A DNA stretch of 64,000 nucleotides, from NCBI GenBank assembly GCA_020891255.1, contig BQFW01000006.1:992001-1056000 (forward strand). The letters run 5' to 3'. Below the pieces are notes generated by a model that saw only the letters and a program-made list of their open reading frames with translations, made no database searches and was not told where the DNA came from. This document shows positions 44,885 through 58,318 of the stretch, piece by piece (position 1 is the stretch's first letter; each line of letters opens with the position of its first letter). The DNA is from Entomortierella parvispora E1425 (lineage: Eukaryota; Fungi; Mortierellomycota). The position numbers and the translations under genes were made by a program.

Positions 44885-46847
44885 GATATACAAGATGGGT
44901 GTGGCCAAAGGAAGGGTTCGTGAATCAATTTTTTGTCGCTTTTCTTTTCGTTGAGGATAATGAAGGAGCAGGAGAGGACCGATGATGCTGCCGGAGGGTA
45001 AGGTAGGGTGAGATGGACAAGAGAGACGAAGAGGGAAAAGAAGGGAAGAGAGCCACAAAAAGAAAAAAAAAAAAAAAAAAAAAAGGGTAAAAGGACGTTT
45101 TCAAAACCCAGATATATATGAGAGAGCCCGAGTGCATCTTCCTCCGGGCGAACGATCGCCAGCCTCGTCAATCTCGGTTTCGCAGCCATGTCGTTGCACT
45201 CTCAAATACACAGCCCAAAGTCGAGTGGCGCCCACCATGTAAACGATAAGAAATTGCCTGTAGACGGAACTTTCTTTCTCTCACGCGACCATACTTGTGT
45301 CTCTCTGCTCTTCCCCTCTCTTCTCTGTCAAGGATTACCCGCGCGTTGGAAATGGAGAAGAGTCATCCATCTCTAGTCTTTCCTCCTCAGAATATTGAAG
45401 GCGTCTCCTCCATGATGTGTGTGACTCTCCATCGCGGCACTCTGGATTGATCAGCCGTGGCATCTGTCAGTTGTGGATTCTTTTTTTTTTCGACGTGCCA
45501 TAAACACAGACGCCAATATAGAATTTACTGCAATGGTGTGAAAGCGGAGAGGTGCGGCGCGATCCGAAGGCTGCCAGTATTTCACCCGACTGGCTTCCAG
45601 TTTTTGGAGAAATATAATGAGCTCTACGACTGTCTCGTCGAGCCCAGGTGCCATGTATCCACGTATCCTTGGACAGTGGTAGAGACAGATGGAGGAAGCG
45701 CGATTTAACCTGAAGCTACAAATTGATGGCGGCCCGGGCTTTCGAAGGACCATGGATATGTAACCTGACCTCCTCTTCCAACCACTCGATATTTTCAAGC
45801 CACCTGTCGATGACTTTCGTGGACTATAGCAGTACTGCAATATGTTTATTGTGCTCGTATATAATAAAACCATTGTTTTTACCATAAACTAGGGGATAGG
45901 GATAAGAGTGTGAGGCTGGTGCATTGTTCTGTTGTTGCTATTTAGAGTGTAATGGGAAAGCTCAAGGGAAAAGCGCGAACGATGTTTATTGGTATGAAGT
46001 ATGGGGTATTTATACTAAAGGTTGTGCAAGTGAAGTGTTGTTTGAGGTGGTGGTAATGATGGCAATAATCGCGGTGATTGTACTTGACCATTTGTTTGTG
46101 GCTTTGCTGTGAACGAAGGCACTGCATGGTACGAGACCTACTTCAAAAAAAAAAAAAAAAAAAAAAAAAAAAGCAGGAGCGAAGAAATCAATCAAAGGCA
46201 CCAGACAACCAAATAAGCTAAGGGCAGGAGAAATAAGGGCAAGGGCAAAGTAACGGGTTAGCATAGAGGAAAGACCTGTGCGACTGATGCAGTGGATAGG
46301 GTACAAAGAGAAAGGAGTCTCCATTGTGGGCTTGCACAGGAGCGTGTCACATCATTTCTTTCATGGTCCCGAAAAAGGTCTAGGACAAAAACCAATTCAG
46401 CGGAGCACAGGAACGAGAACTTTCTAAACTCTCGGTCTGCTTAACGTACTTTGTCAAACGTACACACACGTGGATTCAGCTGTCAATGTATGGAGAATAA
46501 AACGTCAAGGTGGTACATGGAACAGTTGTGTGTTTGAACGTTTAATGAGGGAATTCTGAATAAAAATCCAAGCTCTTGTCTGAGCCACATGTAGGGAGGG
46601 GCATGCACATCGGGAGAGATTTTAATCATCCAGATAGATGACGGTGCAGTATGTCAACCGTCCCCTGGAAGAACATCTGCCTTAGCCATGCTTTCGCCTC
46701 TTGATTTACAATGTTGCTTTCGATGGCGCTGTTGTCATATTTTCATTGACCCGAGGAAATTTGACCGCTCACTCGACTCCGGTATAAAGTGCCGGTTTGT
46801 GAAAGAAAGCGCTGTGTCGTAGTTGGCCATGACGATAAAACCTGAGA

Positions 46848-48241
46848 CTAGACTTGCGCCTGTGGATCATGAACTTGACCAGTTGATATTCGTCTTTTGT
46901 CTTCTTCTTCCTCCTGTCTTCTCCAGAGTTCCGTTACTGGATCAGTATAGTCCCTGATACGCGACGGGCTTGCATATTTGAGCACAACGTCACGGTAATA
47001 GCGGCAGTACTTTTTTGCTGTCACTGTCTCGCCTTGAGCCCCGCACCAGACCTATATATACGAAAACCAAGACGCCAGAACAATGATGAGCTGTACATTC
47101 CCTTTGGTTAGGAATGATAGGTAGGGAGCGTCTCTTATAGGCTTACCTTCCAAAGAACCTCGCCGAGTTCAATTTCTTGATTTTGCTGTTGCCGCAAGCT
47201 TTGGTCCTCCTCAATGAAACTTTGGTCCTCCTCACTGAAGCTTTCGATACTTTGGATTGATTTGCGAGAGCGCTTCTGAAACGGTGTGGGTTCCGACATA
47301 GCCATTTCCAATGTGCGTGTTAATGACTCAGGGTCTGGCATGGGTGTTTTGACATCAGGTATCGGTGGGGAAGGATCTAGCACCAAGGTCTTTGAACGCG
47401 AGCGAGAATGTGGAGGACTCGGGGATGCTTTCAGAGACGAGGACCGCCGCAGAGTCACAACTCCAGACTCCATCACTTCATCTTCGAGCTCATCTTTGTT
47501 GGGGCCTTCTTTGTTGGGTCTGGCTTTCTTACTTGGATCACGTCTCCTGCGACAGACTCTCCGCTTGAGCTGTTGGTGCGAGGTCTCGTTACCCTCTTCT
47601 TCATCTTCAACATCGTCCTCATAATCATCGTCCTCCTCCTCCTCCTCAAAGGCACTGTCCTCTCGGTAATCTAGATCCTTTGCATCATCACAGTCAATCT
47701 CCAAATCAGAATCCTCATCGTAATCTGTTTCGGCCACGTCTTTGACCGTCAGGGGAACACCGACTCCAGGCTCTATCTTGGGCACACTATCAAGCTCCAT
47801 GCCAGCACTGTTGAGGGTATTGACATCTTGCTCAGAACAGCCTTGTGGAGAGGTATTGTCATCGTCGTCTTCATCCAGGGTCAGATCAATGATTTCGACT
47901 GGCCGTGCGGATGCCTTTTCATGGTTGTCGTCGATGGAGGCTACTCGGAGATGAGAGATCTGGGTTGTGATGGAGTTGCTTCTGCTATACGTGTAGCTGG
48001 GTTTCCGGGTAGGGTACTGGCGCTCGTGTTGTTTCTGGCCCTGATTCTGGTTCTGGTAATGATCCTCGCCTCTTGCAGAGGGGCGCGACCACCTCCGTTT
48101 CTGATAGGGGTCGGGCTCCAAGGAGGAACATGAAGGCTTTTCGAGTCCATGGGACGACGTCTTGATCGACCTACGCCTGTCGAGGGTTTTTTGACCCTCC
48201 AACCAACTGTCAAAGTCGCACGATGGACTTGATTCCTTCAT
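46848..48241 (-). CDS. Hypothetical acidic, disordered protein with NLS-like and SIM-like motifs; 2 exons
   Basis: Start MKESSPS at 48241 in ORF 47135..48787. A GTAAGC donor after EVLWK joins exon 2 (VWCGAQGETVTAKKYCRYYRDVVLKY...QAQV*), with the stop at 46848. Confidence 0.75.
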
Positions 48242-48800
48242 CTGGCGTGGTGTGTGCAAGCGGAAATGTAGTGTATACAAGTAGACTATTTGTAGAGCAG
48301 ACAGGCACTGTGGTCTTTTATCTTTTATGAGATAGAGAAGAGAGAAGGAGAGACAGAGAGAGCGAGAGATACAGGTAGTTTCGTAAAGTGGATCAAAGAG
48401 CGGGGGGGGGGGTGATGCAGTGATATGTGATGAGGATGGGGAACAAAAGAAAGAGAAGAAAAGAGAAGAAAGAAAGAAAAGGAACAAGAAGAAAAAAAGG
48501 CTTTTTATGAGGATGGATGCTCCCATGCTGCGAAACAATACGCTCAAAGGACGTGCTTTTTTTGGTGGCCACCAAGGGACCCTCGATCCCTTTCCTTTTT
48601 GGTGGCATCGGACAGCGGCAATCTCAATCGACACAGTGCTGTACAAGGATGCATTCATGCATGCACAAGCTTGCACCTGGTCAAAACCTTGTTCAATATT
48701 TCGGTTCAACACGGTGCTTTGCTGACTAGCTGGACTTTGCTGGGCAGTGGATGGAGGTACGGAATTCAGATCTGTAACCTTGTTCATTCTAAGCGATGAT

Positions 48801-48840
48801 TGAGGCTGGTTGAGGCTGGCTGAGGCTGGCTGAGGCTGGC
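48801..48840. repeat. 10-bp tandem repeat (TGAGGCTGGY) x4
   Basis: tgaggctggt tgaggctggc tgaggctggc tgaggctggc, directly visible. Confidence 0.9.
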
Positions 48841-49200
48841 CCCCCTACATTACGCGGAGATGGCTTGAAAAACTCTGCCTGCAAGCCTCATTGCTTCAAG
48901 ACAGTCGTTCTGTTGCGAGCCAAGAAACGGTGATCGTGCTGCACTTTTTCAACATGGTGCTGTTCGCCATATCAGTCGATGGAGATCCGTCACCCTTTGA
49001 TCCCTCCAATCTAAAACCCCTAGTCTGCTTCCGGTGCTTCTGTTACCTCTCCCCCCCCCCCCCTCTCCAAGCCGCAGCAGCAACAATAGTTATTGTTGTT
49101 GTTTTGATGCTTTGGCGAACAACAGCAGTCATCAACGGCAACCTGACCATTTTCACACGCGATGGTCTGAACACAAAGACGCACGGGCCGCGAATGCTGT

Positions 49201-49239
<39 letters not shown>

Positions 49240-49363
49240 GTTAGACAGGGGAACAGAGTTGAAATTTGAACATGACAAGACACTTTGGTACAAGTTTTTA
49301 ATAGACAAGGGGAGAGGGGGAGAGGGGGAGAGTATTCTTTCTTTCTTTTTTTTGATGCTTGCT

Positions 49364-52300
49364 CTATGGCTCTTGTAGGCCATTATCTTCTCGGAGTGAT
49401 GTCAGCAAATCTTGCGCCTTCACGGACACTGACGCCGAGTGCTCCGCACGGTTCTTGCGACGGCGGTCCCTTCTCGAGGCCTCGTTGTCGCCACCATTCC
49501 GGAGTGTCTCCAGCAAACTGTCCATCATGCCCTTGTCATCACTACCACCATCCACATCGGAAGTAGAGCCTGTGGAAAAAACATGGAACAAAAATATTTA
49601 AAAAAAAAACCACAAATTAATAAAGCAGTAAATAAACATAAAAGCAACCAGACCATCAGTCGGCCAGAGTAGAAAATCAACGAGAATGCCACCCTTACCT
49701 TCGCCATTGATGTCGGGAACCTGGAGACGATTCCTCTTGGCTGCAATCTGTTCTTGCCGAAGCCTGGCCGCCTTCTTTGCCTTTTCGCGCTGGGTATCCT
49801 TTTCTCTCTGCTTGCGATTGTCCTCTCTTGCCTTCTATAAAATCCAGGAAAAGAGGCACAAAAAAGTACTTGTTAATGAAACGAAATGCGCACGGATCAT
49901 AAAAAATAGACAAAAGAATTAAAAACGAGTAACAAACCTCAAATGAAGCCATAAAAGTCTTGAAAATTCCAAAGAATTCGTCGGGCTTCATAATGGCCGC
50001 ATCCTCTCCATAAAACTTGACAACATCCTTGTAAAGTGTATCCATTGTGGCCATGGCCGCCTCTGCCTTCGAGAACTCCTGTTCCGCTGACTCGATAAAT
50101 GGCGTCATGACCTCGCAGAACCGGTCCTCGGGACATGACTGGTAGCCGTCGAAGAAGTGGGTATGAAGTTCCGTCTTGATCTCTTTCAGCTTGGTCTTGA
50201 TGAGATTGATGTCGGATTGCAATTCTGGTAGTGATACTATAACAAAACAAATGTGAGATTCGCAGTCCTGTTGACCTCAGAAGACAAAAATGAAAAAGGC
50301 GTCTCTTCTGTTACCTCTGCAAGCCTCTCCGCAAGAGCTGATTTCGGTCTGGTACTTTAGGAGGTCGGGCAGTGTCGATTCCGTGATGTTGGTCAAGAAG
50401 TGCAAGAGGGTAATACTGGGACCATTCGATGCTTTAGTATCCACGAGCTAAAAGGAGGTACAAAAATGAGTACTCAGTACTTGAAGCCAGATGATCATGT
50501 ACCGCATTGCAGCCAGCAAGGCAACATACCTTGTTGATACTGGCAATCTTAAAACCAAACGCTCCTCCGTTGTGCCCTCCTCCGTTCATGTAGTTTCCGA
50601 GCATGAGAATCAAGTTCAGCAGCTCCTTAAAGTATTTGGCATTCTTCAATCCCTTCGATGCCGCTGAAATAGCCAAAATAGACTAGAGGTGAACAGAAAG
50701 AGGCACCGGGTGAGCACTTGACAAGCAGATTTAGAGGCGGTTTGTGCAAACTTTTCAAAATAAACATACCTCGTTCACTCCGTCGATCAAGGACCGGAAG
50801 GTGACCTTAAATTTGAGTCCTTCCAGTCGTTGCTGGTACCTGTCAATGTTCAGGATCTACGACAAGGTATTAACAAATCTTATATTAGTACCATGCCATA
50901 TACGACTGCAGAGTACAACCTGGAAATTGTGCACTCACCTCCACAAAGAATGCTTCAGCTCGGCCTAATTGCAATTTCACATCATCAGATGCATCCTTGT
51001 ACTCCAAAAGCTTTCCAGTCTAGAAAAGATGATTATTCAGTGAGACATTTGCTAGATTGTTGAAATAAAACAAAAGGTTGCCTTCTGCACATAGTAAACT
51101 CCATTACCTCTTCTGCCTCAGGCACAAACTTCAACAGATTAGTCAGTTGCACCAGGGTCATAAACTCTTCATCCATGCGGAAAATGGCCTGTCGGATTTC
51201 AGGGTTCGTATGCTTCATGCCACCCAGCATCAAGTTGATCTGATGGGCTCGACGCTGCTCCACAATAAGGATTTCACGCGCCTTCTTTGAGGCGCGGGGC
51301 TCTAAAATGTTGGACATGTGGAAAATACAAGTCAGAAACTTTGCTCCGTGACACCGGTCTCACAGCCATGATCAGAAACCGTGATTTACCTCTGTACTCC
51401 ATGACTCTAGCAACGAAGAGTTGCTCCATGCTACCAAAAATGCCACTCTCTCCTAGGGCCTTCTGGAGGGCGTCTTCGTCAACGCCACCAGAACCCCAGA
51501 CGGTGTTACCAACAGACATGTAATTCAACTTGTCCCACTGCAAGGTCTTCAGTTTGACGCCGGCTGTGGCAGCATCCTTCTTTTTGTTGCCCAACATCAT
51601 TCCAGGTCCTGGGGGTGGAGGCGGTCCGCCTCTACCTGGTGGTGGAGGGGGTGGAGGCGGTCCTCCAGAGCCAGGTGGTGGTGGTGGGGGTGGAGGTGGG
51701 CCCCCGATTCTGGGTGGTGCAGGCGCTGGAGGTGGCCTCTTCACATTGGGATCAACTGTGCCAAGCTTCTTCTTCTTTGCGGCCAACAAAGCTGCAAAAC
51801 TTCCTGGTGCTGGTTCATCCGAGTCTGAATCTGAATTCTGACCTCCAAACTTGGCGCCATTGTTCTTGGCCATCATTCCAAGAAGTCCAGCCATGCCTCC
51901 TGGTGATGTAGGTGTTGATGGAACGCTCGTTCCTGGGGGAGGTGGGGGAGGTGGGGGAGGGGGTGGTGGTGGTGGCCCACCGCCTGGGGGTGGGGGTGGG
52001 GGGGGAGGTGGTGGACCCCCTGAAGGTGGTGGGGGAGGAGGTGGAGGAGGTGGTGGTGGTGGAGCCCCAGTTGGAGGATCAGACATCTCGACATCTAGCC
52101 AAAAAAAAATCGACTGTTAGATCATCCAGTCCACGTCCCCAGAAAGATTATTTCAAACCAGGCAAGCGTGCTTACCAGCGTCAACCTCGATCATAAGGTC
52201 TTTGTGACTACCGCGGCGTCTGCGTTCTGGACGAGTGATCGGTTTCTCTGCAGCACCATAGTTTGCGCCTACTTCAGATCCCGCCCCCGTGCCTGTTCCA

Positions 52301-53399
52301 GTGTATTGGTATCCATTCAGCTTCTCTAGGTCTTTTGTCAGCGCCGGATCTGCTTTCGCAGGAGAGGTCGACGCTTGCTTACTATAACGCTCCTGCATTT
52401 TGGTACCCTCAATCCTAGTCTGCTCAAGCATGCGGCGAATCTTTTCTTTATCCACCGCTGGGTATTCTCCGCCATATGCATGGCTGCCACCGCCCACGCC
52501 GTTGCTCGTGCTGCCAGTTCCAATAGACACACCGGTCTGCATTCCAGCCTCTGCCATGAGTGTATTTGCATCCTGCAATGACTTCAACAAGTGCTTCAGC
52601 TGAGACTCCTGTGCCGCCAATTTCTGCTGTGTTTGCGTTTCTACGTCGTTCAGCTTCACTTGAAGAGTCTGGATTGTATGGCGAGACAACCGCAACAGGT
52701 CCTCCAGTGAGTAAATATTGGATTTCAGCTGCGACACTACGCCATCTATGGAAATGATAAACAAGACTGGACTGATTAATATCTGTAGTCTTCTCTCGAC
52801 ATTCAATTGTAACTAAGTCCACTTCTCTGATTTACCATCATGCTGACCCACTTGAAGCTCTAGTTCATGCTTTTCGCGGGTAACTCTATCCAAGTCATGA
52901 CGAGCCTGTTTGGCATCTTCAAGCGCCACGTTCAAGCGGTCCTGGTCCACTAGCTTGCTCACCAGCTGATTCACTGAAATACCAATCTTTTGATCAAAGT
53001 CGTCTGTGATTCCTTTCCGGTCTAGCACTACCTGAGTGACAATCGCATCCATGAGCTGAAAGTATCGGATCCTAATTCAATCGTTGACCAACGGGAATCT
53101 GTGTTAGGGCTGCAGGTCAGATTGTTCCATCGAATCTCTCCAGACCAAAGTATCATACCTCAGGTCTCCTTCTTCACGGATGAGCAACATATGCTGAAGA
53201 AGTGAAAGAAAGAAATCGTAGGCTCTGCTACTTTCCACGGAACGAAGTAGGGCGTGGAAGACATCGTAGGGGTCCGACATGTCGTGAAGGATCTGATGGT
53301 TGTAAAATTCGACCATATCCTCGTAATCATTTTCTGCCTCATCCTCGTAAATATTCAATTGCCTGTCGATCAAGTCATGATTGAGACTCCTCATTTTCT

Positions 53400-53430
<31 letters not shown>

Positions 53431-55523
53431 TCCAAAATTGTTGCGAATGTCAGCTCATGTTCCTCAATATCACTTTCAAGATTGGCCTGCAAAAGCAAGA
53501 ACTTACAGAAATGATTCGCGTCAATCCGCTTGTCGTCAGTTGACTCCGAAGATGCACTCGAAGCTCAATATCATCCACCACTTGAAGCAACGCGTTGATA
53601 AACACGACATTGGAAAGCTATAAGAACCAAATCGTACATCCAGTTGTGAGTAACGATTGCCATAGTTTGTTCGCGCTTTTCCGATCAACGTTATTTGTCC
53701 ACGATTGACAGATACATACCACATATTCAATGAGATGACTGTCCATAGTACCAGCCTTCTTCAGATCTTCGCTCATTCCAACCATGGTTCCAAATCGACC
53801 TCGACCATCGATTGTGTTCTCCAAAATTCGCATCCAGGCATCAAATCGGGCGCTTTCCTTCCAGTACTCCTGCACTTGATCGAGACCTTCCAAGACCAGC
53901 TTGTGACCCATCGGTACTTCGCAGTAACAAAGGAAAGTAAGGACTTCGACCACAAGCTTCCTTGTCTGAAGTTGAGGAGACGTGATGGAGAAACAGAGTG
54001 CAGAAATACAAGGAGGATGTTTGATCGCCTCTTGCGCTCCCCATCTGTTGTTGAGCAGAGTCTTTAAGCACTTGACAATCTCGTGCTCCATGGCCAAATC
54101 CGTGTCTCGCCTAAGATGAAATCCAATTATTTGTCAGTACACCGTTATCATTCATGCGGAGCCAAAGTCTCTTTGATCCAAGGCACCGTGCTTTTGCATA
54201 CCTTGAGGGGCGGTGGTTCAATGTAGCCAGAGAAGACGATAAGATCTGTTGCCCACGGTTTTGGATAAAGATGCGAACCCATCTAGAATATAGAGAAGAC
54301 GTTAGTCTACTGTTCCAAGTCCTGGCAGTTATAGAATACAATTAATAAATCGTACGATATTGGTTGGGACTTGAGCGACACATGAAGGGCGACGAGAACT
54401 TTGATATCCATGTTCCTGAAGTCTGCGTCTGATTGCATCTTGCGCACATAGTATTCTGGAGACGTTTTGTCTATATAGCCCTCCTCACGCTTCCTTGCCT
54501 AGAATGGTTTGAAGTAGTTTTCATTTAGTATTGGCTCATTTGTCCACCAACGCCATCCTTTTCCCAACAGCCATGATGTCTCCAATCATGCTCACCTTGG
54601 ACTGTTCCTGAGACTCGTGCTGGTAGATGAGCTGCCATTTGTTATCCATAGAAAGTCCTGCCATCGCCTTTCTCTTTTCAGGCTCGTGCATGCCCATGTT
54701 GTTCTAGTCCCATAGGGCAAGTGAAGTCATAGTGTGAGAGCATTAGTACAATTTTTTTTTTGGCACGAGCGCGTAACTGCCCATTTGGTATCTGCGCCTG
54801 GGTCGTGTCGCATTTTGTTTGCTCTTCTCATGCAAAAGCGGTAAGAGTCCACCTCCCAGAACTTGCCATAAAGTCAACAAAACGATCCTCGATTTCCTGG
54901 TCCGTTCGTGGGCGGGCCAGCGACATGGCTTCTGTCCGGCCTGCCTCGCTCATGGTGCCTGAGGTCGAGGTCCGATAAGATCGCACAGACTGTGCGTCGT
55001 AGGTGTTGCTGGGCGAGGTCGGCCGGTCAAGACCAGACGAACCGCGGTGATGGCCCGAGGTGAAGCTGGAGATCACACTGGATGTCGCTGCCGAGACGGA
55101 GCCAAAGTAGGGCGATGCTGAGGACGAGAAGTGGGAGGGATGACCTCGACTGGAGGAATGGGGTGGAGACGAGGTCGAGTAGTCGCCCGAATGGGATTGA
55201 TGGCCATGCACACCACCGTTATTGGCTCTGGAGGATCCATTGTTGCTGACAAGGGTGGAGAGACTGGTGGTCGTGCTGTTGTTGTTGGCGTAGGTAGTTC
55301 CACCGCTGCTGCTGGCGGCCGACAAGAACTGGTCGCGATCGCCTTGGTTCAAATTGACGCTGGCCCGAGGCTGATACGTCGTCTGCGGCACAAACGGTGG
55401 CGGCGAGTTGGCATGGGGAAAGAAGGCCGAGGTGCCAGTCGGGTTCGGGGTCGGGAAGGAGATTGAGATTGGCGGCGATTGCTTGGTCGACTTCTTCTTG
55501 CCCAGGTGCAGGAGTTTGTCCAT
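49364..55523 (-). CDS. BNI1: Diaphanous-related formin (Bni1/SepA-like): GBD/FH3, coiled coil, FH1, FH2, DAD; multi-exon
   Basis: GBD NKWQLIYQHE; FH3 EHEIVKCLKTLLNNRWG, RKLVVEVLTFLCY and RFDAWM; poly-proline FH1; FH2 KLKTLQWDKL, LILMLGNYMN...AFGFKIASI and MKPDEFFGIFKTF; DAD GMMDSLLETLR...RRDRRRK. Confidence 0.96.
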
Positions 55524-55705
55524 GGCGACGGGGGGATGGATGGGAGAGATGGATGAAAGAGCGAGGGAACGAGGGAACGACCTCGTCAGTGTCTGGGTGT
55601 CTTTCTGTCCTGTCTGTCAGTCTGCGCCCTTGCGTCTGTCGCTTGTTAGGAGTCAAGGATGGGGAGAATGAATGAAAAGGAGATGGGCAATGTGGCGACC
55701 CGGGT

Positions 55706-55766
55706 GGATTGTTCAGGAAAGAGAGAGAGAAAGAGAAAGAGAAAGAGAAAGAGAGCCCGCGAGAGC

Positions 55767-55802
<36 letters not shown>

Positions 55803-55905
55803 GTGATGCAAGGTGATGATGAGGTGGATGTCTCGCTTTTCTTTTTTGGTCCCTTCCTTCCTTCCTTCAATCCTTCCCTCCTTCCCTCCTTCCTTCCTTC
55901 CTTCT
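55706..55905. repeat. Compound (GA)n / (GAGAAA)n / (CCTT)n simple repeats upstream of the formin start
   Basis: Directly visible purine- and pyrimidine-rich microsatellites. Confidence 0.85.
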
Positions 55906-56187
55906 GACTGGCTGTTCATTCTCTTGTCTCTGTGTACTCCCCTTTCCCACCACTCGTCCCTGAGTCTTGAGTCTTCTCATGCAACATCATCATTCCTATT
56001 GCTGCCACCACACACATACACATACACAACATACATTACACATGCGCACATTGTGCACAAAGAGCTCTTTTTGCTCTTTCTCGAGGAGAGACACGGCCCA
56101 CAGGCGATACATAGGAGTTGGATCCCTGTACGTGATTTCAGGCTGCTCGATGTAGCACACGTAAATAGAAATAAATTTATTTTTGGA

Positions 56188-56218
56188 AAGTGCAAGTGGA
56201 AGTGAAAGTGAAAGTGCA

Positions 56219-56249
<31 letters not shown>

Positions 56250-56330
56250 AAGTGCAAGTGTGGAAGTGAAAGTGAAAGTGCATAGAGTGGAAGTGAGGGC
56301 GAAAGTGCAAGTGTAAAAGTGTGTGAGTGA
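56188..56330. repeat. Degenerate hexamer array (A/G-AGTG-N)n in the 3' flank of the MFS gene
   Basis: aagtgc aagtgg aagtga aagtga aagtgc aag agtgag agtgag..., directly visible. Confidence 0.85.
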
Positions 56331-56357
56331 AAATAAAATTACAAGAAAGCAACTCCT

Positions 56358-58318
56358 TTATCGCGAGGATTTCTCAGTCTCTTCCACAATCGTGGGCGCG
56401 ACAGAGAGGGTCGAGTCGGCAGGACCACTCTGACCCTGCTCCCCCACCTCGTCAGAGACCTCCTCCTTGTCACCTCCGACATTCTTCTCCTCGTCCATCT
56501 CCACGGTCTTGGAGGATGCCTGGGCAGAGAACTCGGGTGGGTCTCGATTGGAGGCCAAGACGACCGAAATCACCATGCCCACTCCAGCAATCACTGCCAT
56601 CGTGTAGAACGCGGCCGCGTAGCCAGACATGAGGCCATCCCCAGTCGCCTCAGGAGCTGTGTGGGCATTGGCCATGATGGTGGACAAGGCAAGACCAATT
56701 GGGCCACCAAGTTGCATAGCCACGTTAAAAATGGCTCCTACCACACCTTGGTCCTCGTCCTTGGCATCGGCGACCGCGTTGACCTGGCAACTCATCCACG
56801 TAGGGGAGAGACCCAGGCAGTTGACAATGAACGCAGGGAAAGCCCAGTGGAAGTAGCTGAACTGACTTTGCATTCTGCTGAAGAGGATCGCAGACACAGC
56901 AATGAGGCACCATCCAATGAGAATGATGAACTTGGTGCGGATAACGACAAAGAGACGTGTCACTGTGTAGAGACCCAGGACCAATCCACACCCGTGAACA
57001 ATGTAACAGCAGGCTGTGATCAGAGGGGAATACTTCATGACGTTCTGGAAAGTGAGCGAGGTGTAGAAGATCATGGTGTTGTAGGTGGCCGTGACACAGA
57101 CAATGATTGCCACCGAAGACGCGAACCGGCGAGATTTCCAGATATGGAAGGGCATGATAGGGTACTCAGTGACAACCCGAAGTTCCCAAAAGACAAAGAC
57201 AGCAAGGAGCGCAAGGCCGGCAATGAAGGCGGGCAAGGTCTTGGCGGATCCCCACCCGGCGGTTGTCGACTCGGAGAGGTAGTAGACCACGGCAATGATA
57301 CCGATCATGAAGAGGGCGACTCCTCCATAGTCGATGCGACGATCAGCGGGCACGGGGTGGTTATGTTGGCTCTTGGAGATGACAAAGAATCCACTAACAG
57401 CGAGCGTGGCTGAGATGATGGCTGTCACGTAGAAGATCCAATACCAACCGATGGTGGCGTCAAAGATGCCTCCGAGAAGGACACCGACGGTTTGACTGGA
57501 GCAAAGAATAATAAAAAAAGTGGGCCCGTTAGCTTTCTTCTTGATTGGTATTCACAACTCTTCAACCTGTTCTGTAAAAGGACCTACCCAATGCAGGCAG
57601 CTCCTCCGAACATGGACAGAGCAAATGTACGCTCAGGGCCTAGAGGGTAGGTGGTGGTCAACAAAGCCAATGCGGATGGACTGCAAAAGATAAAGGAGGC
57701 GCGTTAGAAATCAACAAAAACGTGTAATGAAACTCAATTCCTGATTATCATTCTTATTTTTTATACTCACATCGTAAAACCAGCTCCAGCACCTTGGAGG
57801 CCTCGGGAAACGGACATGAAAATGGGATTCCTTGCGAAACCGCAGACCAATGACCAGACAGCAAACCAAGTCGTGCCAAGCAAGAATATACGCCTGTGGC
57901 CAAAGAGGTCTCCCTAAATAATAGGCAAAAAATCGGCAACACGTGTATTGTTAGTTGAATTGCTTGGGGGTAGCGCACGGTCGCCTATGATAGCTAGCGT
58001 TGAGATGAGAAAACCACCTACCATACGACCTCCAACAAGGAGGAAGGCCGAGTATGTCAAGGCGTAACTGCTGACAATCCATTGGAGCTGGTTTGGTTGG
58101 TAACCAACATCGCGTAGAATGGAAGGTAGTGCGATAGTCACCGAGGCCACGTTGATGATATCAAGCATCTGAGCCATACAAATCAACAGAAGCAAGATGC
58201 CTTTGGTTTGGTCAAGTCGCCGATACCATGGTAGTGATGACTTTTTTTCTGACACTGCCGCTGCTGCTTCAGTGGCATGCACTGAATCTGTCATGGTGGA
58301 GACTTCAAAGTCAGCCAT
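56358..58318 (-). CDS. MFS drug:H+ antiporter-type transporter (DHA2, Atr1-like); multi-exon
   Basis: AQMLDIINVASVTIALPSI, QWIVSSYALTYSAFLLVGGRMGDLFGHRRIF, RGLQGAGAGFTIPSALALL, IDYGGVALF and DQGVVGAIFN.AMQLG; many hydrophobic segments. Confidence 0.92.

Noticed and set aside
45690-45830. Possible Tc1/pogo DDE remnant (LFQPLDIF)
   Set aside because: A single short motif in a fragmented frame, with no other supporting features.
51530-52196. Gly-rich plus-strand ORFs and G-rich repeats
   Set aside because: They are the reverse complement of the formin FH1 poly-proline region.
56661-57413. 250-aa plus-strand ORF
   Set aside because: Antisense to the well-supported MFS transporter exon.
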